Shown: positions 38,916 through 51,880 of the stretch, piece by piece
Layout: the number at the start of each line of letters is the position of its first letter
Position numbering within the stretch: the stretch's first letter is position 1
Source of the DNA: Tubulanus polymorphus
Taxonomy: Eukaryota; Animalia; Nemertea
Length of the DNA: 64,000 nucleotides
Assembly: GCF_964204645.1 (NCBI RefSeq)
Contig: NC_134029.1
Location: forward strand, 4,526,001-4,590,000
Direction of reading: 5' to 3'
The notes under the pieces: generated by a model
Told to the model about the DNA's origin: nothing
The model's database searches: none
Seen by the model: the letters and a program-made list of their open reading frames with translations, nothing else
Translations under genes and position numbers: made by a program

Positions 38916-41134
38916 ACACTGTGGAATACGTTACGACCGAGTTAAGTGAGTTCGGTTATCAGTTCCGACCACTAGTCGACTAGCTACGAAAACTGCCGAG
39001 GCTGACGTTAGATATAATTTTGGTAATGATCTTATCTTTATTCGTGGTTGGTTGCTAAAATACATAGATAGGTCAATGCAGCGAGGTGTTTTCAAGACTT
39101 TCATACATGTAATTCTTTTAATCCCTTTAATTTCTAATATTTTTTCAATAAGGGATATTGCTAGTCTATCTCGAGAATGGTAGAGAAACGATGGACTCAT
39201 ATATGTCATATTGCAGCCACCTTTCCTATCCGGGAGGACACCCATTTAATACCCCGACGATATATATCATTTTACTACTATTGCGTTGATAAGAAGATAT
39301 TAGTTGATATGAAATGTCAACAATAATCTTACTGTCTTTGTGTGATATTTACTCAACGAATCACGATTCGTGAGTGTTTCGTCTGCTATTTATATCATTT
39401 GGCGGCATTCAATATAGATTGAGTCAAGTGTCGCTGTGATTATATGAAACTGCCTATAATGAACGCGTAGTTCCCGGTTCAGAACACGCCGTATCGTGAG
39501 ACCAGAGTTTACAAAAAATCAACGGTTGGATGTTCCGAACAACTTTCATTTTCATCGAATTATTTTGTGAACTTATCCGAAAGAAGGGCAGTTAATCCCC
39601 AGGAGAATGAGAACGTATTACAATTTCACTAATGTAGTTTTAGGTCTATTGTTCTTATAAGCGAAAAAGCAACCTTTTCAGGGGATTTCTAAAATCCCCT
39701 GCCATTTCGATATTCCATTTCTTTTCTTTAGCCTTCCGAGGAATTACGCTCCACTGCGGCATCTATGGTTACTAAACCGCCACGGCATAAAATACATGAA
39801 ATTGATCTTAGGACTTATTCTGTTTACAGGAAACTCTTAAAAATAAATGCCGGGTGTCGATTGATCTAATGTACACCTCTACTTTAAATTAATTGCTGCA
39901 CGTTTAAAAACTGCTTAAATGCACTTCCAGCCGGAATATTTGTCACGCTGATCGTGACTGCTTGAGGGAAGGATCGGCATCATCCGACAGCGCAGTTCGA
40001 AACACATTTGAAATTCGAAACTAATGCAAAAGTTGATTTTCACTTTATTTCACTTGTAAATTACATAAAATCAAAGGACTATATCAATCTTAATACGCAA
40101 CAACAGAAAAACAATAGATTTACTTTACATATGCACCGTACGATTAGAATGCCATTATTTTAAAATAGATCGATATAAAACGAATTAAAACGCTTAAAAA
40201 GTAGAAGAAAACGTATTCTTGTAGTGTCGATACTTGTCTTTACAACAGTTCGAGACGCACGTTCCTAATATGTCTATATATAAAGCCGGGTTTTGTCAGG
40301 AATATTCTATCAAATCTCGTGTCATTTCGTGTATATGACGAATATTATACATGGCAAATTGCTTGTTACCAGATGTGTCAGATAGAGCTAGGTAAAGCAT
40401 ACACATAAACTCATCCATCATCGAAAAACTGACTACGCATCTGACAAGGAGGGTCCCAATAATTGGCAAAAAGAGCAGATTCTTTTTTTGCTGCGATGGA
40501 TGGTCGCTCGGCCTGATTGGTAATGATTGGATATAGCTAGCCACGGGCAGGTGTGTAAACAGTCGAATAACACAGCGGCATAGACGCTATATTTATACTT
40601 TTCGGTTAAGTTATTAATAAATGCAAAACATTCGGCTAGATCTTGAGAATACTATCATCAAAATGAACCCCTGATGTTATAAGATAACGGGACCTGAAAA
40701 TTCTTCAATGGCCATCATAATGTCAAAGTTCACAATCTGGCCACGAGAACCCAAAAATCATCTTCGAATCATACGCGTGTACCATATAGATGCGATTTGG
40801 GACGATTTTGGGTACTGAACATTATTTGGCATAGATTGGTTACAAATGCCTTCGTTTTTAAAGCTAACCTATATACTCGATTGATAATCATTGAATATTA
40901 TCACGTCCAGTGGTAAACGTAATTTAATCAATTTTTGATTACTACCCACGAGGGATAATTGCTTTTAATGTATAGATAACGATAAGGCGTATACTTATTG
41001 GTACAACTGCTAGATGCCAGATAGCATATCTGAAATTCTTCACTCATACTTCAAGTCTTTCTTTATCTCACAGGCTGCTTTTTCAGTTCAATTCGCTGTT
41101 AACTCCATCCACTCCACTATTTATGCTTCTAAAG

Positions 41135-44100
41135 CTATACTTGAGTGACTCGAAAGTCGATTTTTTCGACTGTATGCGTATTGTCATTAGACGGCTGGAC
41201 GGGTGTAATCGCGGCTGGTTCTGCTTCGGGCATCTTGAACGACCAGTACTTCTGTTCTGTATACCAGCTGCTGATTTGCTCTATCGTATCCGGTAGAGGG
41301 CGCTTATTCGTTTCCGGTAAGAGCAGGCAGACGAACGCAGAGACGAAGGCAACGACTGCGAATATGACACCCGGTAACCACGGGATCATTTTAGCCTGAA
41401 AATTGACAGAAACAGAGACCAACGAGCAATTAGTTTATTTATGAAAGTAACCCGCAATGAGGCATGCTTATCGACGTAGATTTTGCAGTCAACCTCTTGT
41501 TTTTCTAATATGGCGACACCTACCAAAGATACTGTAAATGGAGATATCATAGTACCAATACGAGCTGTCAATGTACACAAACCAAACCCTGTATTCCTAA
41601 ACACAAGACGCGAGAAATAAATATTGTACACTGTGTTATCATCTGTAATGAGAAACGGTACCAGCAACTACCCCACAATACGGTGTGCAAATCATTAGGA
41701 TAACCCAATCAGACTTTTGTCCAATTTAAATGAAATTTTAGCTTCCCACATAAAACATCGATCGACCATTAGGGCTCATATGTAGCGCGATTTTCGTTTA
41801 TCCTTCGTACAATTTTAAATACATGTATTATGGACATACATCCATTAGAACTGTAAAGAAATCTGGCTTCATCGTCCCCATGCACACTAGCGAACCTGGT
41901 GGATCCATTTAGAATCCTCGATTGCCACAGTCGAACATAAAGTCCTCACCATAATTCGGTTAATCGGATCAGATGATTCTTCTTACCTGGCATTCGTCGG
42001 AAAGACCTCCGTTGTGTACAGAATAACCGAGTTGAATGTACAGGTTATCGCCCATTTTCCGAACATCGTTAGAAACATTCTCAACGGTTTTAGACTCACA
42101 CCGGACGCTGAAACAAGATCGAATGATTCATTCGCGGTCGACAGCTTGATCAGTTCAATTGAACCCCGATTATGATTTTAGAACTGGACCGAAAATTAAC
42201 CTGCTCATTTCGTTTACCTGTTTTAAGTGGAATAAAGATGACGATCAATACGGTTAGACCAGCCAGTATGAAGAAAATGAAATTAGGCAACCGCCGACCC
42301 CATCTGTCAAAAGAACATAAAAAAAATCTTAGAATATAATCAAAGTCACCTCATAGACTTTCTCAGTCTGACATTACGACGAAAATTTGATAAGATTCGA
42401 AGAGCGATTTGTTTTGAAGTGGATAGTCATACTTTGGCCGGGGGTAAAAACAAACCTTTGCAGAGCGAGTAAACTGAAAATCATGGCCGGTATCTCGATT
42501 AATGAGTTGAAAAAGAAGTTCAGATATCGGTCTGATGATAACATTGTTGACGTAAACGATATGCCCCAGTAAACGATACTGTTTGCAAACCTACAATATT
42601 TAGATTTAGAAGGAAAAGCTGATTGAATCTCCGGACGTGGTACAAAGTGCTTGAGTTCGCGCTAGATAATTCCCGCGAATCCAAACCCTTCAGGGCCCAG
42701 TTGTATAGCCGTAACTTGATTCCAAAGATTGGAACGAAGACCTTCTTTAATACAAGCAATGGCTGTGCAGCTGAACGAAGGGAATATTGGCTGTTAAAAT
42801 GCGGGGTACTAAGATAGATTCAAAATTGTCTCTAAAGATGTAACATCAACCAGCTTCCAAATACCACGAAACTAACTTTGAGCAATTACTCTCCATGCTG
42901 CTAATATTTACCATAAAACGCACATGCAACACAGTATCTTTCTGAGAGTCACGTTTCTTACGATGTCCATCGTGGACGCCTCTTTGACTGGCGAATTGTT
43001 TGACAGTCGTTCCGTCGACTGAGAAGATCGTAACGGCTTCTCCGGCATGTGCACTTTATTCATTTGTGCCGCTTTGACGAGAATCTTCTCGGCCTCGTCA
43101 ATTCTTCCATTAGATGCGAGCCATGGTACAGTCTCTGGGATGAAACTAGAATCAGACCCGTGAGATACAATGATGCCTTTATATACAGTATATGGCCAGT
43201 GAAACACTCTCAGGTCCATGGGAGCAGAAAATACATAGATGAATTGTTCATTATTCAAGAAATGATAGCAGAAAATGTCTGAATTTGTAGAATTGTTCAT
43301 TATTCAAGAAATGATAGCAGAAAATGTCTGATTTTGTAGAATTTGAGAAATTTGTAAAAACTTACAAGAAGTAAGAAAATGAAACTAAAGGCACCAACGC
43401 AATTGTGAGTTGTAAATGACGCCAATCTCGGATGAAATACGCGCACATGCATAGAAACAGCATTCCGATTGCCCACCAGGTTTGGATAAAAATACCACCG
43501 AAGGTCCGCTGCTTCGCTTGCAACGTCTCGCAAGCCGCGACAAATGACGATATATAAACACCCTGAAATAACGTCCGGATTATCTTAGATTTCATTTTAC
43601 CTTGGAATATCAATTTTATATCATCAAAAGATGTTGTATTGTTTAACGCTTATGGTTTGAGACTAGCGAATCGATACCTACCGTTTGGAGACAGCCAGAA
43701 ATCACTCTTAACAATACAAACAGCCAGTAATGGTAAGCCACCACGTGAGCTGCCTCGAATACGGTGTACAAGAATAGTAACAGGTAGTACATGCGTTTCC
43801 TGCCGAATTTATCCGCCATTACCGGAAGGAAGAACGAGCCCAAGGTGGAGCCAACGACCTTCAACGTGATGGTCAGCTCGCCGAGGAAATTCCGATCACA
43901 AACCAGATCCCACTTCAAATATAAACATACAACGATTTAACACGAAATAAGATAAGACTGTCGGTGAGGTGTAATATCGAAGATTTAACGTCTGTTGTTA
44001 CACTGACGTTTCGTGTAGATTCATGCTCTAACGTATCTTCACATATTTTTTGAAAATCATTTTCGAGATCTTCTAGAAATTCACCCTCTTAGTATTTGAA

Positions 44101-44954
44101 AAATAATGAATTCACGGAACGTTGCTATTAGAACAAACGTAAATCAAAGTTAGTGAATTTTTGTCGGTAAATATTGATCTGTTTGTGAAATAGGGCCGAT
44201 TCATTTCCATAGTTATTTCGAATCATCAGAATATGCAAGTAGAGCGTTGGCCTTTTTTGTCATTACCATTATAATAGGCCTTGTATTTGCTAATCGAAAA
44301 AAGGAAATGTAAATACATCATTATTGATGCCACTGACCTCGGTAATGATAGACGATCCAAAGTCTACGTTCTGGAATTCTATACCGTTGCTGCACGGTAT
44401 TTTACCCGTACCGTTTCTATACACGTGACATTGATCCGTTTCGTTGTTCGCGTTTACGATGAATGTTTCGTTTTCGGAGAGACGACAGTGATACTGTTCC
44501 GGCATCGCAGCTACAAATACAACAGATAAATCATAAAATACACTTATTCAGCCATCATTCTGTAAGTAGGCCAAATAAACTGATATGGGAATGAAAATAG
44601 AATTGATCTAATTGTTTCACGTCTTAAATATGCAATAAATCTAATTCTTCAATGGTCATTGATATTATAATCAGTATCGCAAAAAGTGATTTATATATTA
44701 TGAAATCAATAGACATGTCTTTTGGGAATTTTTCACAATCGGAATAGAGTAGATAATCGTTAATTCGTGTCAAGAACGCAGACATTGGTACGTCCATATT
44801 GAGAAAATTTAGACACATCTTACTAACCTATGAATATAGGACCCATCAACGCAATCGCAGCTGCGAAACAACACGCTATCGCCCAGCCGGTGTAAACCAA
44901 CGACTGCCATAATCCTATAGTACCCAACTTTGCCAGGGCTTCGTCGACTTCCAT
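41135..44954 (-). CDS. SLC22: SLC22-family organic ion transporter (MFS), paralog A, 10 coding exons, 545 aa
   Basis: Exons 44954-44828, 44510-44338, 43912-43682, 43562-43366, 43145-42912, 42590-42456, 42303-42218, 42107-41987, 41596-41524 and 41395-41135. All are GT-AG and total 1638 nt in frame. Motifs: MEVDEAL..LG..G.WQ, SIITEWDLVC, ADKFGRK, IRDWRHLQ, PETVPWL, WGRR, EVFPTNARNTG, LLPET. Confidence 0.93.
41885..41930 (-). repeat. Dispersed repeat family B partial copy in SLC22-A intron 8
   Basis: cactagcgaacctggtggatcc...aatc.tcgattgccac is the reverse complement of the 62908-62962 segment. Confidence 0.6.
43241..43338. repeat. 49-bp tandem duplication in SLC22-A intron 4
   Basis: gaattgttcattattcaagaaatgatagcagaaaatgtctga(a/t)tttgta occurs twice with one mismatch. 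Confidence 0.9.
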
Positions 44955-45969
44955 CTTGAATGTGTCACAACAGACTAATCGCTGTAGTTGGCATTGATGA
45001 AACTAAGGCAGGAACCATTTACCATCACCGAAAAACCTCTCTGTTCATTCGGTATGCTAGTGCCGATATTTTAAACGAAGAATCTATTTCTTTCAGCGGA
45101 TATGCGTTAACGCGCGCGCCTTTCTAATTCCTTATCCAGAAATAACTTGATCGAACTAGTAAAGAGTCGATTCAGAGAAGGAATACTATATATACGCCAA
45201 CTGAAGTAGGTCACTTGTATTTTTGACAGATAGAAGTGCCGCGTGTCAAGTTTCGAAATTTCTAGTTCAGGTTATTGATATGTCACTAAACGGACCATAC
45301 CGACCTGCTATCGATCTGTCCCGCGGTGTAGCTGACATTACGATTCATTCATATAAGAAATACTCGAAACTAGTAGAAAATACACACATATAATATATAT
45401 CGATGTGTTCTTTAAAATTTTTATTATATATATGCTTAAATTTTCACAATCTATTTACAAGCTCACATCCTCGCACGTTCTTTTCAACATATATGATACA
45501 GTAAACTTTGTGTAAGTAAGATCTTCTGGGACTGAGAAAAATCAAAATCCTCCGACTTGGAAAGAGTCCGACTTTGAAAAGCAGCCTTTTTCCGAAAACG
45601 ACGACTTAAAAATTGATTTCTGTGAGCGGAAAAATTGAATCAATATCTTCTAGAAATGATTTGAAAAACGCTTAAATATTTCGGGTTCATTTTTCTATTC
45701 TAATACACTAAAATACCGTCTGTTGAAATGTGTCGTCGATTTCAAGCCAGGAAGAAATCAAACTGCAGAAGAAAATAACCCTCCGACATACGGTGAATGA
45801 CTTTAAGTGATCTTTTATTTTGGAACAAAGCAAAGTACTACGAAATAGAATCCGACTTTGGAATTATAAATTTCTTTGTAAAAGAGAGGAAAAAGTCGGG
45901 ACCATCAATATTCACCAGAAACTAGCGATTATCCGACTTTACGCAAGGTTTATTGCGCGGTCCTTCACT

Positions 45970-48900
45970 TTAAGTACTTAATGCAGTTTGGTTCGGCAGT
46001 TTTGGTAATTCAAACGACCAATATTTCTGCTGTTTGTCCCATGCTTTGATTTGTTCGATAGTTTCCGGTAGAGGGCGGTTCAGAGTTTCCGGTAACAACA
46101 AAACGACGAACGCCGAAACGATGGACATCGCCGCGAAAATAACTATCGGTAACCATCGATGTATTCCAGCCTAGAAAAACAACAATTAAATATAGCTGCT
46201 GCCTAGCAGCGTCCTTTAGGCTTACTTGAACACTGTAGGGAATTTTAGAAAATAGAGAAACAGGGCCCAGTTGCACAGTCGTGACTTAAGTCCAAAAGTG
46301 GTCTTAAATTTTAAGACTGGTCTTATGTTGTTAGATCGAGTATAGAACTTATTTGGTCTTAGACCAGTCTTAAATTTAAGCCGTGAATATGCAACTGGCC
46401 CCAGTAGTTTTTGTCGGAGACTCAAACTTGGTACATCTACGTCGACAGATTCAACAGACAGTCTTATTTGAATTCAAGTGAATCGGTTACAAATTTTAAT
46501 CTTGGTTTCTAATTTCTCAGAGTGGAAGCAAACTTCCATTTCAGTGCGATTGAAACAGACAATATACGACTTAACTTACATGTATGGAGAAATTTCAACG
46601 AATTTACATTTTGTACGTGTACTTACCAAAAAAATTGAAAATGGCGACAACATCGCACCAACTCTAGCCGCGAATAAGCATATACCAAATGCAGTATTCC
46701 TTAAAAATATCAAAATCAGTCATCTACCATACGATTAGCTTTGATTATGCATGAATCGAACTTGTCTAAAAATTTTGATAGTTGTTACCTGGCATTCGTT
46801 GGGAAAACCTCCGTCGTGAAAAGGATGACGCTGTTGAATGCGGACGTTATCGCCCATTTACCAAACATTGTTAAAAGTGTTCTCAACCATTTGAGGCTTG
46901 CTCCAGAATCTGCAAATAGTCAACGATAAGTGGATATCTTATTGAAAATATTTCCTCGTTCGAGATAGTGATGAAATTTACGAAAAATGTGATTCTCTTC
47001 TGTGTAAATGTGCGTCTTGTAAAATACAAGCATGTTTACCTGTACTTTCGGGTATAAATTCGACGATGAACAATACTATACCGGCAGCAATGAAAAATAC
47101 GAAATGTGACCGCCTTCTACCAAAACTGAAAGTATGTAATAAATATAACCGATTAGCTGGTATCTACTTGCTAGCTCAGTACAGTAACTCTAAGTAAGAT
47201 TTAAATTAAAAAGGTTTAATTCATTGAATGCTGAAAGCGGCCTTGGGAAACCGATCCTGTAATTTCCCATAGATAAGTAAGATTCTTGAATAAGAAAAAT
47301 ACACTTACTTTTTAAGACCCGCAAGACTAATCGCAATGGCCGGTATTTCGATCATCGAGTTGAAGAAGAAGTTTAAATATCTTCCAGATGACACCATCGT
47401 AGATGTGAACGAAATACCCCAGTAGATTAACGTAACGGAAAACCTTAAATAAGGAAAGAGGGACGTTGATTACCGTGAACAACTCCACGGCGACGTATAA
47501 CAAAACCAGTAAAGAGACGAACGAAAATGCGAAGAAAAAGATATTCTTGTTTAAACTCGAGGACACATTCAACCATTAATTTAGAGCCTGTATGTTTATA
47601 TATACCTACCAAATGAAACACAGGCACAATAGATATTTTCGTAAGATGCGACATTTCAGAACCTCTTTGATGTTTGAATTTTTTTTATTCTTAGTTTCCC
47701 TCGATCTATCCTCGTTACCCCGCAATGGGTTCACTGGCATTTGTTTTTTGTTCATCTTGGCCGCCTTTACGATTATCTTCTCGGCCTCTTCGACTTTCCC
47801 ATTGCCTGCTAACCACGGCACTGATTCCGGGATGCATCTATGAAATCATAATCACATATATCTAAGCAAATCGGATACCATCAGATTCGAACCCCTGCAA
47901 GGAGATGCTTCATTTTCATTTTCTCATCTTATTCTACGTCGATATATTCCATTCTTACAGGAAATACGAAAATGTGACAAGAGGCACAAATCCTACGATC
48001 ATTTGTATGTAGCGCCAGTTGCGGATGAGATAAGCGCACATGCACAGGAACAGCATACCGATAGCCCACCATACTTGAACGAATATACCTCCGTACGTGC
48101 GGTACTTCGCCGGAAAGACTTCACAGGCAGCGACAAATGATGACGCGTACACACCCTAAAAATTAAAATGATCACCCTACAACCGCCTAAAATAGACTCG
48201 TAAGTGTAAAATGGCAGTGAACTGCAAAAGATATCTTACTGTTTGCATGAAACCAGAGATGATTCTTAACGCTATCAACGCTGAATAATTCGGAGCAAAT
48301 CCATTGCCGGCTTCGGTGAGTGAGTATAAAATCAAGAATATGTAATGAGTCCGTTTTCGTCCGTATTTATCAGACAGAATTGGCAGACAAAAGGAACCCA
48401 ATGTCGATCCGAGGACATTTAGAGTTATAGCAAGTTCGCCAAGAAGGTTACGGCTACAAACCAGTTCCCACTGGAAAAACAACGCGTGGAACAAACAGTT
48501 AGTACCATTAAATGCCATTGGTGCCATTCATTTGTTTATTCATTAGGTTGAGGTATCGAAAATATTTGACCTGGATCTATTACCAGTTGTGATTTATGGA
48601 TTCAACTTTCGCGTTAGATTCAGTTCATTTACGCAAGTCACAATTACCCAATGCTCGCAATAAATAAATCGGTATACCTTACAATTTAACCATTACTAAA
48701 TTTTTCTAACTAATCGTGGACCTCCCTCCCGTATCTGAAGCACTAACCTCGGTAATGATAGACGATCCAAAGTCTACGTTCTGGAATTCTATACCGTTGC
48801 TACACGGTATTTTACCCGTACCGTTTCTATACACGTGACATTTATCCGTTTCGTTGTTCGCGTTTACGATGAATGTTTCGTTTTCGGAGAGACGACAGTG

Positions 48901-49850
48901 ATACTGTTCCGGCATCGCAGCTACAAACACGATTATATTAACTAATAAATAAATTAATTTCAGTACAAAATAGAATAAAAATGAGTTGAAACCACGTTTT
49001 TAGCCGTCAGTAAATAATGTTCGAGTACTAGTACAATTTCAATTCAATTCAATTCTTTACAATAAAACATTTTAGCAACAAACATGAAATAATTAGCAAG
49101 AAGAAAACTAGGCTGAAGGTGTATATTATCATTGATGCCTCTTGAGAGAAAATGACTATATCGACAGTATAGACGATAGAATTGAATTGAGTTCACTGGG
49201 CAGCAGTCTAGCCCTAATATTGATGACGTAATACGCATCCAGGCAAACTGTATCCTAAACGCTTTAACGCAGAGTCAAAATGTTTGTTCTCAGAAACACT
49301 GTTTCTCCAAACCACGAAGTTCTGGAAAGCACACATCACATAGGGAAACGCTCGGAAACATTTCCCTGGCTTATGTTTCTGCGTTTCTTTGTGTCGAGTG
49401 CGTTAGTCATAACGTCCAAGGCCCACGACGCAGGGAAACAGGGAAATGTTGTTCATGAAAACCATGTTTCTCGTAAACGCACACGACACAGGGAAACGCT
49501 CAGAAACGTGTTGCTGTTTACGTGTTTCCCTGCACAGCGTGATTTGGTCGTATGGCTCCTCCGTGTTTGCCTCCAAGATTCTGTAAAAACTGTTCGTATC
49601 AAAATAATCTTTCTCTACGTTTAGATTTTTCTATTCGACAAAACAACAAACTTTCAAACTTTCAAATGGAATAAAGGATCTCTTCACCGAAGCCGCCAAA
49701 CTACGGAGTTTCTTTGAACTTACCCATAAATATAGCTGACATGGCTGACATTGAAGCCGTAAAACAGCAACTTATTGACCATCCTGTATAAACAAGTGTC
49801 TGCCATAATCCGAGGAAACCTAACTTATCCAAAGCTTCGTCCACTTGCAT
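45970..49850 (-). CDS. SLC22: SLC22-family organic ion transporter (MFS), paralog B, 10 coding exons, 523 aa
   Basis: Exons 49850-49724, 48920-48748, 48470-48240, 48155-47959, 47837-47610, 47443-47309, 47125-47040, 46909-46789, 46699-46627 and 46170-45970. All are GT-AG, total 1572 nt, and have the same phases as paralog A. Motifs: MQVDEALDKLG, WELVC, SDKYGRK, EVFPAKYR, PESVPWL, FGRR, EVFPTNARNTA, LLPET. Stop TAA at 45972-45970. Confidence 0.93.
46264..46401 (+). mobile_element. MITE family A, best-preserved copy (138 bp), in SLC22-B intron 9
   Basis: 12-bp TIRs GGCCCAGTTGCA / TGCAACTGGCCC (11/12) flanked by a CAG 3-bp direct repeat (46261-46263, 46402-46404). GG termini with a 3-bp TSD fit PIF/Harbinger. 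Confidence 0.85.
49290..49541. repeat. Palindrome-rich element with repeated CAGGGAAAC/GTTTCCCTG units in SLC22-B intron 1 (probable non-autonomous DNA transposon)
   Basis: Direct sub-repeats (cacacatcacatagggaaacgctcggaaac; cacacgacacagggaaacgctcagaaac) and inverted counterparts (gtttctttgtgtcgagtgcgtt; gtttccctgcacagcgtg). Confidence 0.55.
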
Positions 49851-50188
49851 TCTAAATGAATTATAATGCTTGTTACTGCGTCTGTCTCTTCTATTTTCAG
49901 CATTAATATCTGAGTTGAATGATAAAATGCACCCTTTCATATATCTAGGTCTCATAAAACGCTTGATGTAGATGTATATGTATTCTAGCTGCACTTACAA
50001 TTTACTGGTCGTGTTGTAATTATGGACATTTTTGTTGTTTTTCGAGGTCACTCCTGTTAACAAATCAATTAAACCTCCGTTCGGCACAACAACATAGACT
50101 TCTCGAACATCGTTCCAACTTGCCAACATTTGGATCCATATTATAGCATTTTGCCGTTCATGCTCCTTCACTTTGGAACTCTCACAAA

Positions 50189-50306
50189 GGGGCCATAATC
50201 TTAAGACTGGTTTGGACTGGTCTTAAGATATTACTACATTAGCTATAGAACTAAGATGGTCTTAAACTAGTCTTGAGACTAAGCCATGACTATGAAACCA
50301 GCCCCC
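50189..50306 (+). mobile_element. MITE family A copy (internally deleted), upstream of SLC22-B
   Basis: taagactggt...ggtcttaag...tatagaact...tggtctta.actagtcttgagactaagccatgactatg.aaccagcccc. Confidence 0.6.
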
Positions 50307-50339
50307 GATGCTTATCTCTTGACCTCACTAGCTCCAAGA

Positions 50340-50445
50340 CGATTTAGTTCCATGCAGCTTACCATTGAACTCTCGGAAAGTGCATTTGAACTGTAAAAAA
50401 TGCTTGCGCTTTATAAATGACAATTATTATTTTCAATTATTAATA
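50340..50445 (+). mobile_element. Possible SINE/L2-type 3' tail fragment
   Basis: gcgctttataaat...attattatt resembles the GCGCTATATAAAT-(ATT)n tail of L2-mobilised SINEs. Recalled, not searched. Confidence 0.3.
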
Positions 50446-51107
50446 TCAAACATAGGACAGCTTTTGAAACGGCCCGACCTAGGGAGTTGAATCAGATTTT
50501 TTTTTCGTATTCCTATTTCGATAGGCACCCATGGTTGAAATGATTATGTATTTTGTTACAATACGCATATTCTGATAGTCGAAGAATACTGCGTGGCATT
50601 CGAGAATTCAGCGTATCGCTTGTAGGATATCGGCGACGTTAAAAGTAACTTTTTCACCAAAATCTATAGGAATATCGAAATTATCGGCCGGCGCATAACA
50701 GCAGAAGAGAAAGATTCCGATGAAACATCTGTGACGAAAATAAATATCAAGCATGAATGAAACTACGGTTTAATGTTGGTTTTTGTACAGATGTACATAA
50801 CCGTGTGTGTGTCATTTATTTGATCGATCGAAACTCTTAGTATCGTCATATTGCTTGCCACGTAGCGACTGGGGTAAGACCCTGTCAGGATTAAACATCT
50901 CATGTTTAAGGGGTCTTTGGTTTAGTGACACCCACTTATGATACGTACATGTATATGATACTAAACCTAAGACCGTAAATATCCCCGTTCAGATACTACA
51001 CCAAACTAGGAAAGACTTTCGAAGGTACACATTGAACTGATATATTGAAACCATTTTACTATTTTTTACATTTTGAGAATATGCCTCTAAGGTTTGATAG
51101 GGTCTCA

Positions 51108-51223
51108 TGGCCATCTTGGAATTAGGTGCAAACTACCGCGACCGTAGTTAGGAGTGTGTAGTTCCGACAAAACTGACATTCGGTTCGCTAAGTTCGCAAA
51201 TAGTCAACTACGATACCCACACA
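51108..51223 (-). repeat. Dispersed repeat family C copy
   Basis: Inverted, diverged homolog of 38774-38915. Confidence 0.45.
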
Positions 51224-51644
51224 GTTTGAAAGGCGCCTGTGCGCTGTTGCTTTCTTACGATCAAAATCGACTTTCTTTATTCCATCGAAAACAATATCGT
51301 CCTCGAAGAATCGAGTTATAGGTTCGCCGACGACACAGGTTCAGCTCGACGATTTATCAACGAGGCTATAACGTCGTCGGCCATGAATGCATTGTTCGCG
51401 AATGACACAGACTGCCGACAGGTAGCAATAAAACCACTGGTGTTATTGACAATTCTATACATTCCACGATGATATATTTCAAACATTGATAAAGTCTGTT
51501 TTCGCTCATAAAATTTGATTCGGTGAAATTCGACTCGTTTTAGATTACACGTGTATTATCATAAGTTGAGAAAAGACTGACGCACGATGATGTGCACACT
51601 TATTAGCAACACGTGCATCCTCGTCGCCGAGGACGTTGTGTCTC

Positions 51645-51880
51645 TACGCAGAGTGGCCTAACGGTCGTGGCTCGATCAGCGTTCACGGGTTCGAACCCTG
51701 GCAGCGGCAGACACTAGACCGGCGAGTCTTGTGAACGGTGACCGGTGAGGTCGTTAAATCTGTGTTTTCATGTTTCTGGCCCGGTGGGGAGGGGAAAGGG
51801 TGATGTGGGACTTTCAGCGTTATCCTTATGCGACCGACATGGGTTCAGGCAAGCAATGGACGTGGACTCTATGCCCCAAA
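51645..51880 (+). mobile_element. tRNA-derived SINE remnant
   Basis: Pol III A box TGGCCTAACGG (51654-51664) and B box GGTTCGAACC (51688-51697) without a tRNA cloverleaf, followed by a GC-rich body. Confidence 0.55.

Noticed and set aside
39679-39701. Perfect 10-bp hairpin CAGGGGATTT/AAATCCCCTG
   Set aside because: No CTRR end for a Helitron terminus, and bacterial terminator logic does not apply. A single hairpin is not enough evidence.
51645-51710. Third tRNA gene
   Set aside because: A and B boxes are present but too close together, with no acceptor or anticodon stems. Called as a SINE head instead.
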